From the NCBI GenBank assembly GCA_013151235.1, contig JAADIO010000006.1, forward strand, positions 1-61,869: a stretch of DNA of 61,869 nt. The letters run 5' to 3'. This document shows positions 37,487-47,788 of the stretch, in pieces (the first letter of the stretch is position 1; every line of letters begins with the position of its first letter). Under the pieces are notes generated by a model. That model made no database searches. It saw only the letters and a program-made list of their open reading frames with translations, and had not been told where the DNA came from. This DNA is from Deltaproteobacteria bacterium (GTDB lineage: Bacteria; CG2-30-53-67). The position numbers and the translations under genes are program-made.

Positions 37487-38839
37487 TCATCGGTACAACT
37501 CGGATTTCTTCGAGGCGGAAACCCGGGACGGATCGGAAAAATATTCCCGAGTACTTCGGGCAATCACGGGGCTGAGCAGGATCAGTCCCACCAGGTTGGG
37601 CCAGGCCATCAGGGCATTGCCGATATCGGAGATGGTCCAGACCAGTTCAAGCCGGACATAAGCGCCGACGGGAAGGAGAATGCAGTAAAGGACACGATAC
37701 GGCATGACGAACTTTTCGCCGAAGAGATAATCGACACAGCGGTCTCCGTAATAGGACCAGCTGATGGCCGTGGAGAAGGCGAAGAAGACGAGACCGGTTG
37801 CAACAATATAACCACCGGAACCGCCCATTCCGAGTGTAAATGCCTTTGCCGTCAAATCGGCGCCGGTCAATCCCTCTTTGTATGCGCCCGTGAGAATGAT
37901 CACCAGTCCCGTCATGGTGCAAATGACCAGGGTGTCGATAAAGGGGCCGAGCATAGCAACCAGCCCTTCCCGCACCGGCTCCCTTGTTCGGGCGGCCCCG
38001 TGGGCGATGGGCGCACTCCCCAGCCCCGCTTCGTTGGAAAAAACCCCGCGGGCGACACCGAAACGGATCGCCTGAGCCACGGCGGCACCGGCAAACCCGC
38101 CCGTGGCGGCCGTACCGGTGAAGGCTCCGGAGAAGATCTCGGCCAGGGCGGCGGGGATTCCGCCGAGATGGCGGAAGATTACAATGAGAGCACCCAGAAC
38201 ATAAAAGATCGACATGAAAGGTACCAGTCGTCCGGCGACCCGTCCGATCCGTCGAATGCCGCCGACGATCACCGCAAAGACCAACCCGCCGATGATAAGC
38301 CCCGTGACAATCTTGGGAATATGGAAGTAGGTATGAACCGGCTCCGCCACGGAATTGGCCTGGACCATGTTCCCGATCCCGAAAGAGGCGATCGTCGCGA
38401 AGAGAGCAAAGAGGATCCCCAGCCACTTCTGTCCGAGGCCCCGTTCCAGGTAGTACATGGGGCCGGCGCCGACGGTCCCGTCTTCATGGATCACCCGGTA
38501 TCGCAGCGAAAGGAGACATTCCCCGTATTTGAGCCCCATACCGAAAAGGGCCGTGATCCACATCCAGAAAATCGCCCCCGGACCGCCGAGGGCCACGGCC
38601 GTTCCGACACCGGCGATGTTGCCGGTCCCGATCGTGGCGGAAAGGGCGGCGCTCAAAGCCTGAAAATGGGTAATCTCCCCCTCATCTTCAGGATTATCAA
38701 ACTTCCCCGAGATGAGCTGACAGGCGTAGATAAATTTCCGTGTCTGAATACCCCGGACAAGGAGTGTGATAAAAATACCCGTTCCGACCAGAAGAATGAT
38801 GGTAACCGGTCCCCAGACAATCCCGCTCAACCTGGACAA
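37487..38839 (-). CDS. Alanine/glycine:cation symporter (AgcS/AlsT)
   Basis: ALSATIGTGNIAGV, GGPGAIFWMW, GVARGVFSNEAGLGS and FIDTLVICTMT. Start uncertain (TTG 38839 lacks an RBS). Confidence 0.93.
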   Translation of the reverse strand: MSRLSGIVWGPVTIILLVGTGIFITLLVRGIQTRKFIYACQLISGKFDNPEDEGEITHFQALSAALSATIGTGNIAGVGTAVALGGPGAIFWMWITALFGMGLKYGECLLSLRYRVIHEDGTVGAGPMYYLERGLGQKWLGILFALFATIASFGIGNMVQANSVAEPVHTYFHIPKIVTGLIIGGLVFAVIVGGIRRIGRVAGRLVPFMSIFYVLGALIVIFRHLGGIPAALAEIFSGAFTGTAATGGFAGAAVAQAIRFGVARGVFSNEAGLGSAPIAHGAARTREPVREGLVAMLGPFIDTLVICTMTGLVIILTGAYKEGLTGADLTAKAFTLGMGGSGGYIVATGLVFFAFSTAISWSYYGDRCVDYLFGEKFVMPYRVLYCILLPVGAYVRLELVWTISDIGNALMAWPNLVGLILLSPVIARSTREYFSDPSRVSASKKSELYR

Positions 38840-38888
38840 AAATGAATATGAAAAGATAAGACGTCTCCCTGCAATAACTTCCGATCCA

Positions 38889-39368
38889 TTACCACCGCAA
38901 GGTTGCCAGCAACCGCTTCGGCTTCAGAAGAAGGTCAAGGGCCTGGTGGACATGATGGACGACGATGTCGGCGGCCTCCACGGCCCGGCGGGAAGCGCCC
39001 TCCTCTCCGATCACGCAGATTCCCACGCGGGCATTCCGGAGCATGACCACATCGTTGTTTCCGTTTCCCAATGTCACGGTCTTATCGCAACCGACCCTTT
39101 CAACGAAAGCGGACTTCTGTTCATCTTCCCTTCCGGGTTCGAGCCTTTCAACCCGCATGCCGAAATCGGTCGGCAGATCCTTCGCTCGTCCGTGGGTATC
39201 GGCCGTCAAGACGATCAGATCCAAGCTCTCCGAAAGTCTCCGTAACCGATCCACCGTCCCCGTATCGGGAACCCCCTCCGTCCCGAGTGTCCCATTCAGG
39301 TCCATCACCACCTGCCGGATCTCCACCCTCCCGAAACCGGGGATCTCCAGCTTTAGCATTCCTTTCAT
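38889..39368 (-). CDS. HAD-family hydrolase (soluble P-type ATPase-like)
   Basis: DLNGTL, LTADTHG, GNGNNDVVML and KRLLATLR. Confidence 0.88.
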   Translation of the reverse strand: MKGMLKLEIPGFGRVEIRQVVMDLNGTLGTEGVPDTGTVDRLRRLSESLDLIVLTADTHGRAKDLPTDFGMRVERLEPGREDEQKSAFVERVGCDKTVTLGNGNNDVVMLRNARVGICVIGEEGASRRAVEAADIVVHHVHQALDLLLKPKRLLATLRW

Positions 39369-39583
39369 GACGGTCCCTCCTTTTCCTTCGCTTTTCCCTC
39401 TACCCGGACCCGGCAGGCCTGCTCATAAAAACGGTAAGGTACTGAGGGAGTACTCTACATGATTTTTCGGTGAATGAAAAGGGTGAATGGCAGGTGTGCG
39501 GATCGGGAAAATACGATTGTCATTTTTGATTTTTTTCCTAAAGTATTCCCGATTCCCGCCGATAAGGGGTTCAAATGCTCCTG

Positions 39584-39668
39584 GAGAAAGGCAAACTATC
39601 CGAAAGGGTAGGACGCAAAGCCACCTGCCGTAAGCTAAGGAAGACACGGTCGAGGGGTTGCCCGAAAG
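39584..39668 (+). promoter_or_regulatory. Cyclic di-GMP-I (GEMM) riboswitch
   Basis: AAAGGCAAACTATCCGAAAGGGTAGGACGCAAAGCC...TAAG...GGTCGAGGGGTTGCCCGA matches the GEMM pattern GGCAAAC-stem-GAAA-stem-GGACGCAAAGCC. Candidate promoter TTGTCA (39517)-N16-TAAAGT upstream. Confidence 0.93.
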
Positions 39669-39690
39669 GGAATACTGAAAAGTATTAATC

Positions 39691-39725
39691 AAAGCGTCCA
39701 CACCTTCGGGTTGGACGCTTTTTTT
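39691..39725 (+). terminator. Rho-independent terminator (riboswitch expression platform)
   Basis: aaagcgtcca-caccttcgggt-tggacgcttt followed by a T-tract. Confidence 0.85.
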
Positions 39726-39920
39726 GTTGTCCTCCCGAGAGATGCCGTCACGAAGGGCTCGCTTGAGCCTGACGGCATCTCTCCCTCCTCATTTCTTCAG
39801 AACCAACAATTCAGACCTAATGACGAACAAATAAGATCAGGATCAGGATTCCATGATGCAGCATCGGAGGATTCGGACGGGGCGAATGAGGAAAACTACG
39901 ATGATCAGGAAAAAAATTGC

Positions 39921-41273
39921 TTATTCCGAAAGGGGGTGTTGACCCATCTTGCCGAGAATCTTTGCCGCCTCTACGACGACCCGGTTGTCATTATCCTTCA
40001 GGGCTTTCATCAGGAGAGGGTGCAGACGAGCCTGATCGCTCACACTGTGGAGAGAAAGGACGGTCCGGAGACGAACATCGGGATCCTGATCATCCAGAGA
40101 GCGGAGGATGGAATCGAGATCATCGGCGAGCGGCCCCTGATCCAGAAGGCCGAAGAAATTCATCCCGTCGATCTCACTCAGATCAAGAGAAGGTCGGGCC
40201 TGGCGAACCTTCTCCGCCAACCCTTGCCCTTCGATAGAGGCCTGCGAAAGGAGGTTGACCACCCGGTCGGGGAAATTCATCTTCCCGATCATGCTGGAAA
40301 GCCGTGTCGGTCGCCCCTCTTCGAGTTCATAAATCCCGTTGTAGATAGCTGCACCCTTCGTCATCGTCTTGATGGAACTGTTCAGCTTTTCAAACATCTC
40401 CGCCGAACTGGCCTGGAGTACACTCCGGGGTGCGTAGAGGATTACGGCGATGACCGCTGCCGTCGTATAATCATAACCGGCCGCAAACAGGTCGCCCCCC
40501 TTCCAGATCTCTTTCAGCTGTTCCATCAGAAATCCGTCGCTGATCGGACCGGAGAGATTGAAGCTCCTGGAGCCGTAGATCATCAATCCCCGGGAAGAGA
40601 AGACCTTCCGAAAATCCTCACTGTCGAAACTCCGGAGACTCCGGATCTTGTAGGCATGGTCGGCACAGTTGAATTCGTCAAAGTTTTTAACGATTCGTTC
40701 GTTCGCCCGGGTGTAGTAATCGGCGATACTCACGCCGGGGAAAAGATCGAGAATCTTCTGATTGTCGATGAGGATGACACTGTTCAGGTTCTGCCGAAGA
40801 AGGGTATTGACCGCCTGGATGGCATTGACCTTGGTCAAGCTGCTTTCGCTCTCCGACGGCAGAGTCACCATCACGGAAGTCGGCACATTCAGCGGACGGA
40901 GGATCTCCGCCAGAGTCGGCAGGTTACTTCCCGTCCCGCCGCCCATCCCGGCAACAAGGATAAAAAGATCGACCGACTCCGCAGGCCCCTTCAAGGTACT
41001 CAGGATCCGGTCCCGGTTGCTAAGCAGGCTCTCCTTGCCAAGATCCAGGTCCCGGCCGGCACCGCTGCGCCCGTTGAGACCGACATGGAGACGGTGTTCC
41101 CGCGGCACTTCCTCCAGACTTTTCAGATCGGAAAAGGAGGTATTCAGGGCACAGGCCTGATACCCTTTCCGGGCAAACTCGGCGGCCAGGTTCCCGCCGC
41201 ACTGCCCGAGTCCCACCACCCCGATCTTCAACCGTTTTCTGAAATCATGAATCTTTGTATCGGAAGGTTTCAT
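39921..41273 (-). CDS. Divergent tubulin/FtsZ-superfamily GTPase with C-terminal HEAT repeat(s)
   Basis: GVVGLGQCGGNLA (T1), GAGRDLDLG (T3), AGMGGGTGS (T4 signature), VTLP, LIDNQKI, SFDSEDFRKV (T7-like); C-terminal DQDPDVRL...KDNDNRVVVEAAKILGK. Start at ATG 41273; the ORF extends to 41297. Confidence 0.88.
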   Translation of the reverse strand: MKPSDTKIHDFRKRLKIGVVGLGQCGGNLAAEFARKGYQACALNTSFSDLKSLEEVPREHRLHVGLNGRSGAGRDLDLGKESLLSNRDRILSTLKGPAESVDLFILVAGMGGGTGSNLPTLAEILRPLNVPTSVMVTLPSESESSLTKVNAIQAVNTLLRQNLNSVILIDNQKILDLFPGVSIADYYTRANERIVKNFDEFNCADHAYKIRSLRSFDSEDFRKVFSSRGLMIYGSRSFNLSGPISDGFLMEQLKEIWKGGDLFAAGYDYTTAAVIAVILYAPRSVLQASSAEMFEKLNSSIKTMTKGAAIYNGIYELEEGRPTRLSSMIGKMNFPDRVVNLLSQASIEGQGLAEKVRQARPSLDLSEIDGMNFFGLLDQGPLADDLDSILRSLDDQDPDVRLRTVLSLHSVSDQARLHPLLMKALKDNDNRVVVEAAKILGKMGQHPLSE

Positions 41274-41582
41274 GCCGCCGCCCCACCCTTCTGCCAATAA
41301 TGAATTTTTCGTAATCCTATCAAATCATCAAGAACTTTGTCAAGAAAAGCCGCCCTTTTCCCAGTTCCTTGTTGAAATGCTCCACATTCCCACGCGGGTT
41401 GTGCCATTGCAACAGAACCCATCGCAAAAAGATGATAAGCCTATTGGATGGATCCCTCAAATCCGTACCTCCCAAAGCCGGCAAATGAAAATTTCCGGAA
41501 AAATATGTAATACAATTGACATATTCTAATTCTGTGATATTGTGAATGCCGTTAATCTCACATTGAAATGAAGGAGGAGATC

Positions 41583-42374
41583 ATGAAAAACAAAGTCAAA
41601 GGACTGTTGATTCTTGTCCTGTTTTTGTGTTGCGCTTCACTGGCCTTTGCCGAAACTTATGGTGTCAAGAAGCGGGCGCCCCGCCCGGAGGAATACGGTA
41701 ACTGCATAATCAACAACTTCTCCGAACAGAACAAGATGGCTCCGGTCGTCTTCAAACACTGGTTGCATCGGGCGAAGTATACCTGTCGTCTTTGTCATGT
41801 TGATCTTGGCTTCGCCATGCAGACAGGGGGAACCGGAATCCGGGAAAAAGATATCCGCAGGGGCCTTTACTGCGGCGTGTGCCACAATGGAAAGATCGCC
41901 TTTCGCTGGGAAGAGCGAACACCTTTCGGGAAACTGCAGAAGAACTGCGATCGATGTCACTCCTATGGAAAAGATGTAAAGTTCAAGTACGATTTTTACA
42001 AATTCACCAAAGAATGGCCGAAGGCACGATTCGGAAACCGGGTCGACTGGCTGAAGGCGGAAGAGATGGGATTGATCAAGCTGCAGGATGCCATCAAAGG
42101 AGTCACCATCAAGCGTCGTCCCCTCAAAATTCCTCTCAACACCGAGATTGAAGCAAAGGTACCCGAGATGCCGGACATCATCTTTTCTCACAAGAAGCAT
42201 GCCGTCTGGAATGGCTGTGAACTCTGCCATCCCGATATCTTCGGAATCAAGAACGGAGCCACCAAATTCACCATGCAGGATATCTTTAACGGCAAATACT
42301 GTGGAGCCTGTCATGGGAAGGTCTCGTTCATGACCCTGGACTGCCAGCTTTGTCACTCAAAATCCATTAACTGA
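41583..42374 (+). CDS. Periplasmic hexaheme cytochrome c (two c7-type triheme domains)
   Basis: Signal peptide; CRLCH, CGVCH, CDRCH, CELCH, CGACH, CQLCH; F.H..H motifs. Confidence 0.9.
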   Translation: MKNKVKGLLILVLFLCCASLAFAETYGVKKRAPRPEEYGNCIINNFSEQNKMAPVVFKHWLHRAKYTCRLCHVDLGFAMQTGGTGIREKDIRRGLYCGVCHNGKIAFRWEERTPFGKLQKNCDRCHSYGKDVKFKYDFYKFTKEWPKARFGNRVDWLKAEEMGLIKLQDAIKGVTIKRRPLKIPLNTEIEAKVPEMPDIIFSHKKHAVWNGCELCHPDIFGIKNGATKFTMQDIFNGKYCGACHGKVSFMTLDCQLCHSKSIN

Positions 42375-42412
42375 ATTCTATTCCACTTCCTGACTTCCTA
42401 AAAGGAGGAGAG

Positions 42413-43168
42413 ATGCTTCGTCCCATGATCACCGCCTGGATCCTGGCACTGCTGATCTTCCCCGTTGCGGGATGGGCGGATTCTTTCTGGAATCTGCCCC
42501 CTCTTCCCCCACCGGAAGAATATGGGAATATTCTGATCAACCGAACCTCGGAGACACACGGGCTCAAAGCAGTTACCTTCTCTCACTGGTCTCATCGGAT
42601 AAGATACACCTGTCGGGTCTGTCATACTGAACTTGCCTTTGAGATGAAGGTCAATGCAACGGAGATTACGGAAAAAGCGAACCAGCACGGAAAATACTGC
42701 GGCGCCTGCCATAACGGCAAGACTGCATTTGGTCACACAAAAAAGAACTGCAACAAATGCCACAACGGTGACCGAAGTTACGGAAAAGAAAAATTCGCAA
42801 AGCTTGCCAAATTCCCCAGAGCCAAATTCGGTAACAAGATCAACTGGGATAAAGCCGTCAACGAGAAGCTGATCAACCCCAAGCTGACGATCTGGAAGCA
42901 AGCCTACACGCCCCTTCCCTACAACAAACTCCTCAAGCTGGAAGCAAAGTGGAACATCATCCCCGATGCTTTCTTTTCCCACGAGATACACAATCGATGG
43001 CTTGACTGCTCCAACTGCCATCCCGACCCCTTTAATATCAGGGAGAAAACAACCCGGCACTTCTCCATGAAGGCAATCCTGGACGGAAGGTTCTGCGGTG
43101 TTTGCCACCGCAGAGTCTCTTTCCCGATGGATGATTGCAACCGGTGCCATCCCGGCATCAAGAAATGA
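42413..43168 (+). CDS. Periplasmic hexaheme cytochrome c, paralog of the upstream gene
   Basis: PEEYGNILIN, FSHWSHR; CRVCH, CGACH, CNKCH, CSNCH, CGVCH, CNRCH. Confidence 0.9.
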   Translation: MLRPMITAWILALLIFPVAGWADSFWNLPPLPPPEEYGNILINRTSETHGLKAVTFSHWSHRIRYTCRVCHTELAFEMKVNATEITEKANQHGKYCGACHNGKTAFGHTKKNCNKCHNGDRSYGKEKFAKLAKFPRAKFGNKINWDKAVNEKLINPKLTIWKQAYTPLPYNKLLKLEAKWNIIPDAFFSHEIHNRWLDCSNCHPDPFNIREKTTRHFSMKAILDGRFCGVCHRRVSFPMDDCNRCHPGIKK

Positions 43169-43491
43169 GGTGGACCGTGCGAAAAAGCATCCTTTTGCTC
43201 CTTCTACTTTTTCTTTCACTTTCTCTCGTGATCGGGGTCCCGGCGGAAACGTGGAAATCGGAATTTGAAAAGATCTGTGCAAACGTTCCCACCGCATCGT
43301 CCCTTTCGACGGAACGAATCCGGCAACTAATCAAAGAGAGCAACCAACTGACAAAAACGGTTGAAGCGGTTCAGGATCCGCAGAAGAAAGTCTATCTCTT
43401 CCGCCTTAAAAAATGCAGGAACTTCTTTCAGTTCATCCTGAACGGCCGGACCGACAGGAACCCGGATGGTGCGAAAGCCCCACCGAAGTGA
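43165..43491 (+). CDS. Small exported helical protein with two Cys
   Basis: ATGA overlap with the cytochrome stop; signal peptide; WKSEFEKIC...KVYLFRLKKCRNFF. Confidence 0.7.
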   Translation: MRWTVRKSILLLLLLFLSLSLVIGVPAETWKSEFEKICANVPTASSLSTERIRQLIKESNQLTKTVEAVQDPQKKVYLFRLKKCRNFFQFILNGRTDRNPDGAKAPPK

Positions 43492-43682
43492 GAAAGCCCC
43501 TTTCCTTTGTTCGTCTTTCTCTGCGACCTCTGCGTCTGAGGTGAACGTTCTTCTCCTTTGACCTTCCCCCCTCCCCCCCTTTTCCGCGAAAGGGGGGCAC
43601 AAAGCTCGGGAAGCTTCGATCGATCTTCACCCTCGCCCCAACTCGTTGACTTTTTTCATATTTTTCGATATAAACAGTACTT

Positions 43683-45623
43683 ATGGATTCCCAAAGGACC
43701 TTTCCCCATCTGAATATCCGGAGGAAGCTGATCGTTGCATTCCTCGGTATCGGGTTGATCCCGGTACTGATCCTTGGAAGCATCAACCTCCTGACCAACA
43801 CGCAGGCACTGAAACATCGGACAATCACGGAAATCCACGCCACTCTGACGGCGAAGGCAGAGCGAATCCGGAATGCCCTTCGACATGCCGGAAAGGATCT
43901 GCGTCTCCTCAGTCACTCCCCCTCCCTGAACACATTCCTGGAATTCTACCCGGGGAACGTCATGGGGAAGAACAACCTGAACCGGATGCTCTACAACACC
44001 CTCAAAGATTTTGCACGGAAAAACCCGATCTATCACAGCATTCAGCTTTTCAACCTGAAGGGAAAACCGATCGTTAGCGTCACCAATGACGGAAAAACCA
44101 TTCGGGCGGAAGGACCGGGTAAGACAGCCCCCGCCGGCGATACGGCTTTTTTCTGGAAAGCACTGGATCGGGATCAGGACCGGTTCGTTGTCACCCGGTC
44201 CATGACACCCGATGCAGGAGTCAAAAAAGAAAAACCGGCTCTCGTATTTTCAACGGCGATTCATGATCAGGGCCGACGCGTCAAAGGGGTTCTGGCCATC
44301 CAGCTTCTTTTGCGGGATCTGGCAAACCGGGCCCGGTCTGCTGAAAAACCGATGGGAAGTACTTATCTGATGGACCGGGAGGAAACCTTCCTGCTCCGCG
44401 TCGATAGCAGTAATGCCGAACCGGTGCGGGGAGGTTTTCCCGGTACACTGAAAAGAGAAACACTCCAGCGGATTCTCTCCGGCCGGGAGGGATTGATTAC
44501 GAACGAGAAGAACCGGATCATTTCTTACATTCCCATCCAGGTGGGTGTCGACAGTCCTGCCGATGACTGGGTCCTCGCCGTCGATGTGGCCGAACCGGTG
44601 GTTTTGGCACCGGTACACCGATTTCTTTTTCTCTCCTTGATCATGGTTATTCTCCTGACCTTAATCGGGGTCATCCTCGGTGTAACGGCATCGAACCAGT
44701 TGACCCGGCCGATTCTGGAACTTCACCAGGGAGCACAGCGACTGGCAACGGGCGATTTTTCCCATCGGATTAACGTCAACAGTAATGACGAAATCGAAGA
44801 ACTCGCTGAACAGTTCAATCGGATGGCGGAACGACTTCAGATCTCCCGGGAGCAGATGCAACGATCGAATGAGGAACTGCAGGCGGAGGTCCGGAAAAGA
44901 ACGGAACAACTGGTTCAGGCGGAAAAGATGGCTGCACTGGGGAGACTTTCTGCCGGCATCGCCCATGAAATCGGGAATCCCCTGGCCGGGATGAAAGCCA
45001 ACATTCAACTCCTGGTTGAAAAATTCGGTTCCGACAGTTCCCATCACAAATTCCTGGAACGGATCCTGCGGGAGATCAACCGGCTGGACCACTTTCTGCA
45101 AACCTTCTCCTCCTTTGCCCGGCCGGCAAAAGCACAGAGGACCGCCTGTGACATCCGGAAGATGATCCAGGATGTCATTTTCTTCGTTCGACCGGAAGGC
45201 GCAAAGCAGGGAGTGAAAATCCGGCAGATCTTCGACGAAGATCTGCCGAAGGTCATGGTCGATCATCAGCGGATGCAGCAGGTCTTCCTCAATCTTTGTC
45301 TGAATGCCTTGCAGGCGATGCCGGAAGGAGGCAAACTTACGATTCGAGCTTACGGAGGGAAAGAATTTCCGGAATCCACCGATACGGTCCAGGAGATCAT
45401 CGTCGATGTCTCCGACTCCGGAACCGGGATCCCGGCGGAACACCTCCCGAAGATCTTCGACCCCTTCTTTACAACCAAGGCACAAGGGACCGGCCTCGGC
45501 CTTTCCATCGTCCATCAAATTGTGCGCGAAAACAACGGGACGATTGAGGCGGTTTCGAACGATGATACAGGAACCACCTTTCGTATTCGACTGAAAGGGG
45601 CTGCGCAATCCATCCTTTCCTGA
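43683..45623 (+). CDS. Sensor histidine kinase (TM-Cache-TM-HAMP-HisKA-HATPase)
   Basis: [14 protein letters not shown] (HAMP), [11 protein letters not shown] and GTGLGL. Confidence 0.94.
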   Translation: MDSQRTFPHLNIRRKLIVAFLGIGLIPVLILGSINLLTNTQALKHRTITEIHATLTAKAERIRNALRHAGKDLRLLSHSPSLNTFLEFYPGNVMGKNNLNRMLYNTLKDFARKNPIYHSIQLFNLKGKPIVSVTNDGKTIRAEGPGKTAPAGDTAFFWKALDRDQDRFVVTRSMTPDAGVKKEKPALVFSTAIHDQGRRVKGVLAIQLLLRDLANRARSAEKPMGSTYLMDREETFLLRVDSSNAEPVRGGFPGTLKRETLQRILSGREGLITNEKNRIISYIPIQVGVDSPADDWVLAVDVAEPVVLAPVHRFLFLSLIMVILLTLIGVILGVTASNQLTRPILELHQGAQRLATGDFSHRINVNSNDEIEELAEQFNRMAERLQISREQMQRSNEELQAEVRKRTEQLVQAEKMAALGRLSAGIAHEIGNPLAGMKANIQLLVEKFGSDSSHHKFLERILREINRLDHFLQTFSSFARPAKAQRTACDIRKMIQDVIFFVRPEGAKQGVKIRQIFDEDLPKVMVDHQRMQQVFLNLCLNALQAMPEGGKLTIRAYGGKEFPESTDTVQEIIVDVSDSGTGIPAEHLPKIFDPFFTTKAQGTGLGLSIVHQIVRENNGTIEAVSNDDTGTTFRIRLKGAAQSILS

Positions 45624-45632
45624 GGAGGGAAG

Positions 45633-46991
45633 ATGCCGAATCTGCTGATTGTGGAAGATGATGAATCGATGCTCGACACCCTGAGTGACGTTTTCCGGGA
45701 AAAGGGAGAAAATGTTGTCTCCGTCCCAACGGGTGACGCAGCCCTGAAGGAGTTCAGCCGGAATCAACCGGATCTGGTCCTTCTCGATATCCGTCTGCCG
45801 GACACGGACGGGCTGACACTACTGAAAAAAATGAAGGAAACAGCTCCGGACCTTCTCGTCGTGATCATGACCGCCTATCCCCAGGTACAAACCGCCATCC
45901 AGGCGATGAAGGCCGGTGCCTACGATTATATCAACAAGCCCTTTGATCTCGACGAGATGCGTCTCGTTGTGGAGAAGGCCCTGGAAACGCGCCTCCTCAA
46001 GGATGAAGTCAACCGGTTCCGAAGAGAAAAGGCCTCCACGGCAAAGGCGACGAAAATCCTAGGGGAGAGTCCCGCCACGCAACAGATGCGGACACTGCTT
46101 CGAATGGTCGCCGATACGCCGCGGACCCCGGTCCTGTTGACGGGCGAATCGGGAACCGGGAAGGAACTGGCCGCCAACGCCATTCACTATGGGAGTCACC
46201 GGGCGCAGAAAGCGCTGGTGAAGGTCAACTGCAGTGCTCTGCCCGACAACCTGCTGGAGGACGAGCTTTTCGGACACGAACGGGGGGCCTTCACCGATGC
46301 GAAAGAGACCCGGAAGGGGCTGTTTGAAATGGCAGACGGCGGGAGTCTGTTCCTGGATGAAATTGCTGAAATGTCCCCTGCCCTGCAGCCGAAACTCCTG
46401 CGAATCCTGGAAGGAGAGCCGTTTCGACGTGTGGGCGGAACTCGGGAGATCCGGTCGGACGTCCGTATTATCGCAGCCACCAATCGTGATCTTACAACCA
46501 TGGTCAAGGCCGGAAGCTTCCGCAAGGACCTTTATTATCGGCTCAAAGTCATGGAGATGCGGTTACCGACGTTAAAACAAAGGAGAGAGGATATCCCCCT
46601 GCTTGTAGAGCATTTCATTGCACTTCACAGCCGGGAGATGGGAAAGTCGGCGGTTACTCTGAGCGACCAGGCCGCACAAATGCTGATGAACTACTCCTGG
46701 CCGGGCAACGTCCGGGAACTTAAAAATGTAATAGAACGAGCCGTGATCCTGTCGAACGGAGAGACCATCGAACGCAAACATCTCCCGCTGGAACTCTGCA
46801 AAGCCGTCGCAAACGAATGTTTCGAGAACAACCCTCCCGCAGCCCTGGATCTCACACTGGAAGACCTTGAACGGGAATACATCCTCCGGATACTGAGAAA
46901 GCTCGGGGGGAACCGGACCGCTGCAGCAAAAAAACTCGGGATTTCCCGGTCCACTCTTTTGGAAAGACTCAAACGTTATAATGCCCGATAG
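45633..46991 (+). CDS. Sigma54-dependent (NtrC-family) response regulator
   Basis: Receiver, GESGTGKE, GAFTDA, LFLDEI, WPGNVREL and a Fis-type HTH. Confidence 0.95.
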   Translation: MPNLLIVEDDESMLDTLSDVFREKGENVVSVPTGDAALKEFSRNQPDLVLLDIRLPDTDGLTLLKKMKETAPDLLVVIMTAYPQVQTAIQAMKAGAYDYINKPFDLDEMRLVVEKALETRLLKDEVNRFRREKASTAKATKILGESPATQQMRTLLRMVADTPRTPVLLTGESGTGKELAANAIHYGSHRAQKALVKVNCSALPDNLLEDELFGHERGAFTDAKETRKGLFEMADGGSLFLDEIAEMSPALQPKLLRILEGEPFRRVGGTREIRSDVRIIAATNRDLTTMVKAGSFRKDLYYRLKVMEMRLPTLKQRREDIPLLVEHFIALHSREMGKSAVTLSDQAAQMLMNYSWPGNVRELKNVIERAVILSNGETIERKHLPLELCKAVANECFENNPPAALDLTLEDLEREYILRILRKLGGNRTAAAKKLGISRSTLLERLKRYNAR

Positions 46992-47190
46992 TTTCCTCTT
47001 CATCTACCGTAAACAAGCGTTGTGCCGTTTCAGACCTCCTTCCTTTTTTATAATGCTGAATGATTTCCAGAGGTCGAATCCTTTTTTCGGAAATAAAATA
47101 AAAAAAAGTCTTGAAATTCAGAACTCATTTCCATATAGTCATATGATAATTTTAGAATTTACATACTTCATTAAAAGCATGGGAGGTACG

Positions 47191-47754
47191 ATGATCATTC
47201 AACAGAGAACCGTCTTTCTCCTCTTTTTGTGCTTCACCGGAGCGTTTCTGATTTCTCCATCAAGGTCTTTCAGCTCCGACATGGATTCGGAAGCAGCATT
47301 AGCGCAGTCCCCTCAGGTCCAGGAACATAAGATTCCCAAGTATATTACTCCGCCGCCCCCCTTCTCGGAGGGGATCTTCCCCTGCTCCGACTGCCATAAA
47401 GACTTAAAACCGAACCCCAAACGCCGCAAACTGGAACTCATGCACACCGATATTCACCTGAAACATGCGGGCGGAGAACAATGGTGCCTGGACTGTCATG
47501 ACCTGAACAATCGCGACAAGCTGCACCTGATCAATGGGAAACTGATCGATTTCGAGGAGGTCTATTATCTCTGTGGACAATGCCACGGGACGATCTTCCG
47601 GGACTGGAAGGCCGGCGTCCATGGAAAACGGACGGGAGAATGGAATGGGAAGAAGGTCTACCGTCTTTGTACCAACTGCCACAATCCCCATCAGCCTCAC
47701 TTCAAGCCGTTAAAACCAAAACGTCCACCGGAACGGCCGAGTGATATCAAATAA
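47191..47754 (+). CDS. Tetraheme cytochrome c (CbcS-like subunit of a cytochrome c/FeS/NrfD complex)
   Basis: GGAGG RBS, signal peptide; CSDCH, CLDCH, CGQCH, CTNCH. Confidence 0.88.
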   Translation: MIIQQRTVFLLFLCFTGAFLISPSRSFSSDMDSEAALAQSPQVQEHKIPKYITPPPPFSEGIFPCSDCHKDLKPNPKRRKLELMHTDIHLKHAGGEQWCLDCHDLNNRDKLHLINGKLIDFEEVYYLCGQCHGTIFRDWKAGVHGKRTGEWNGKKVYRLCTNCHNPHQPHFKPLKPKRPPERPSDIK

Positions 47755-47788
47755 ACTTTTCTACTACTTGAAAATCCGGGAGATCGAT

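Noticed and set aside
37427-38845. Long antisense ORFs (37427..38845, 21300..23078, 14191..15558, 58077..59498, 44661..45767)
   Set aside because: These are shadows of well-supported genes on the opposite strand, common at this GC content, and carry no motifs.
39818-39920. Hydrophobic minus-strand frame (AIFFLIIVVFLIRP...ILILILFVRH) just after the tubulin stop, with gatcag repeats
   Set aside because: It has no RBS or suitable start, and the stop is TAA so Sec readthrough is not possible. It is probably low-complexity intergenic sequence.
39711-41300. 529-aa plus-strand ORF right after the riboswitch, a tempting regulated gene
   Set aside because: It starts inside the terminator hairpin, has no RBS or recognisable motifs, and is almost entirely the antisense shadow of the tubulin-like gene.
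46285-46302. GAFTDA instead of GAFTGA in the sigma54 activator
   Set aside because: This is a common natural variant and not evidence of novelty. No convincing -24/-12 promoter was found on the sense strand nearby.
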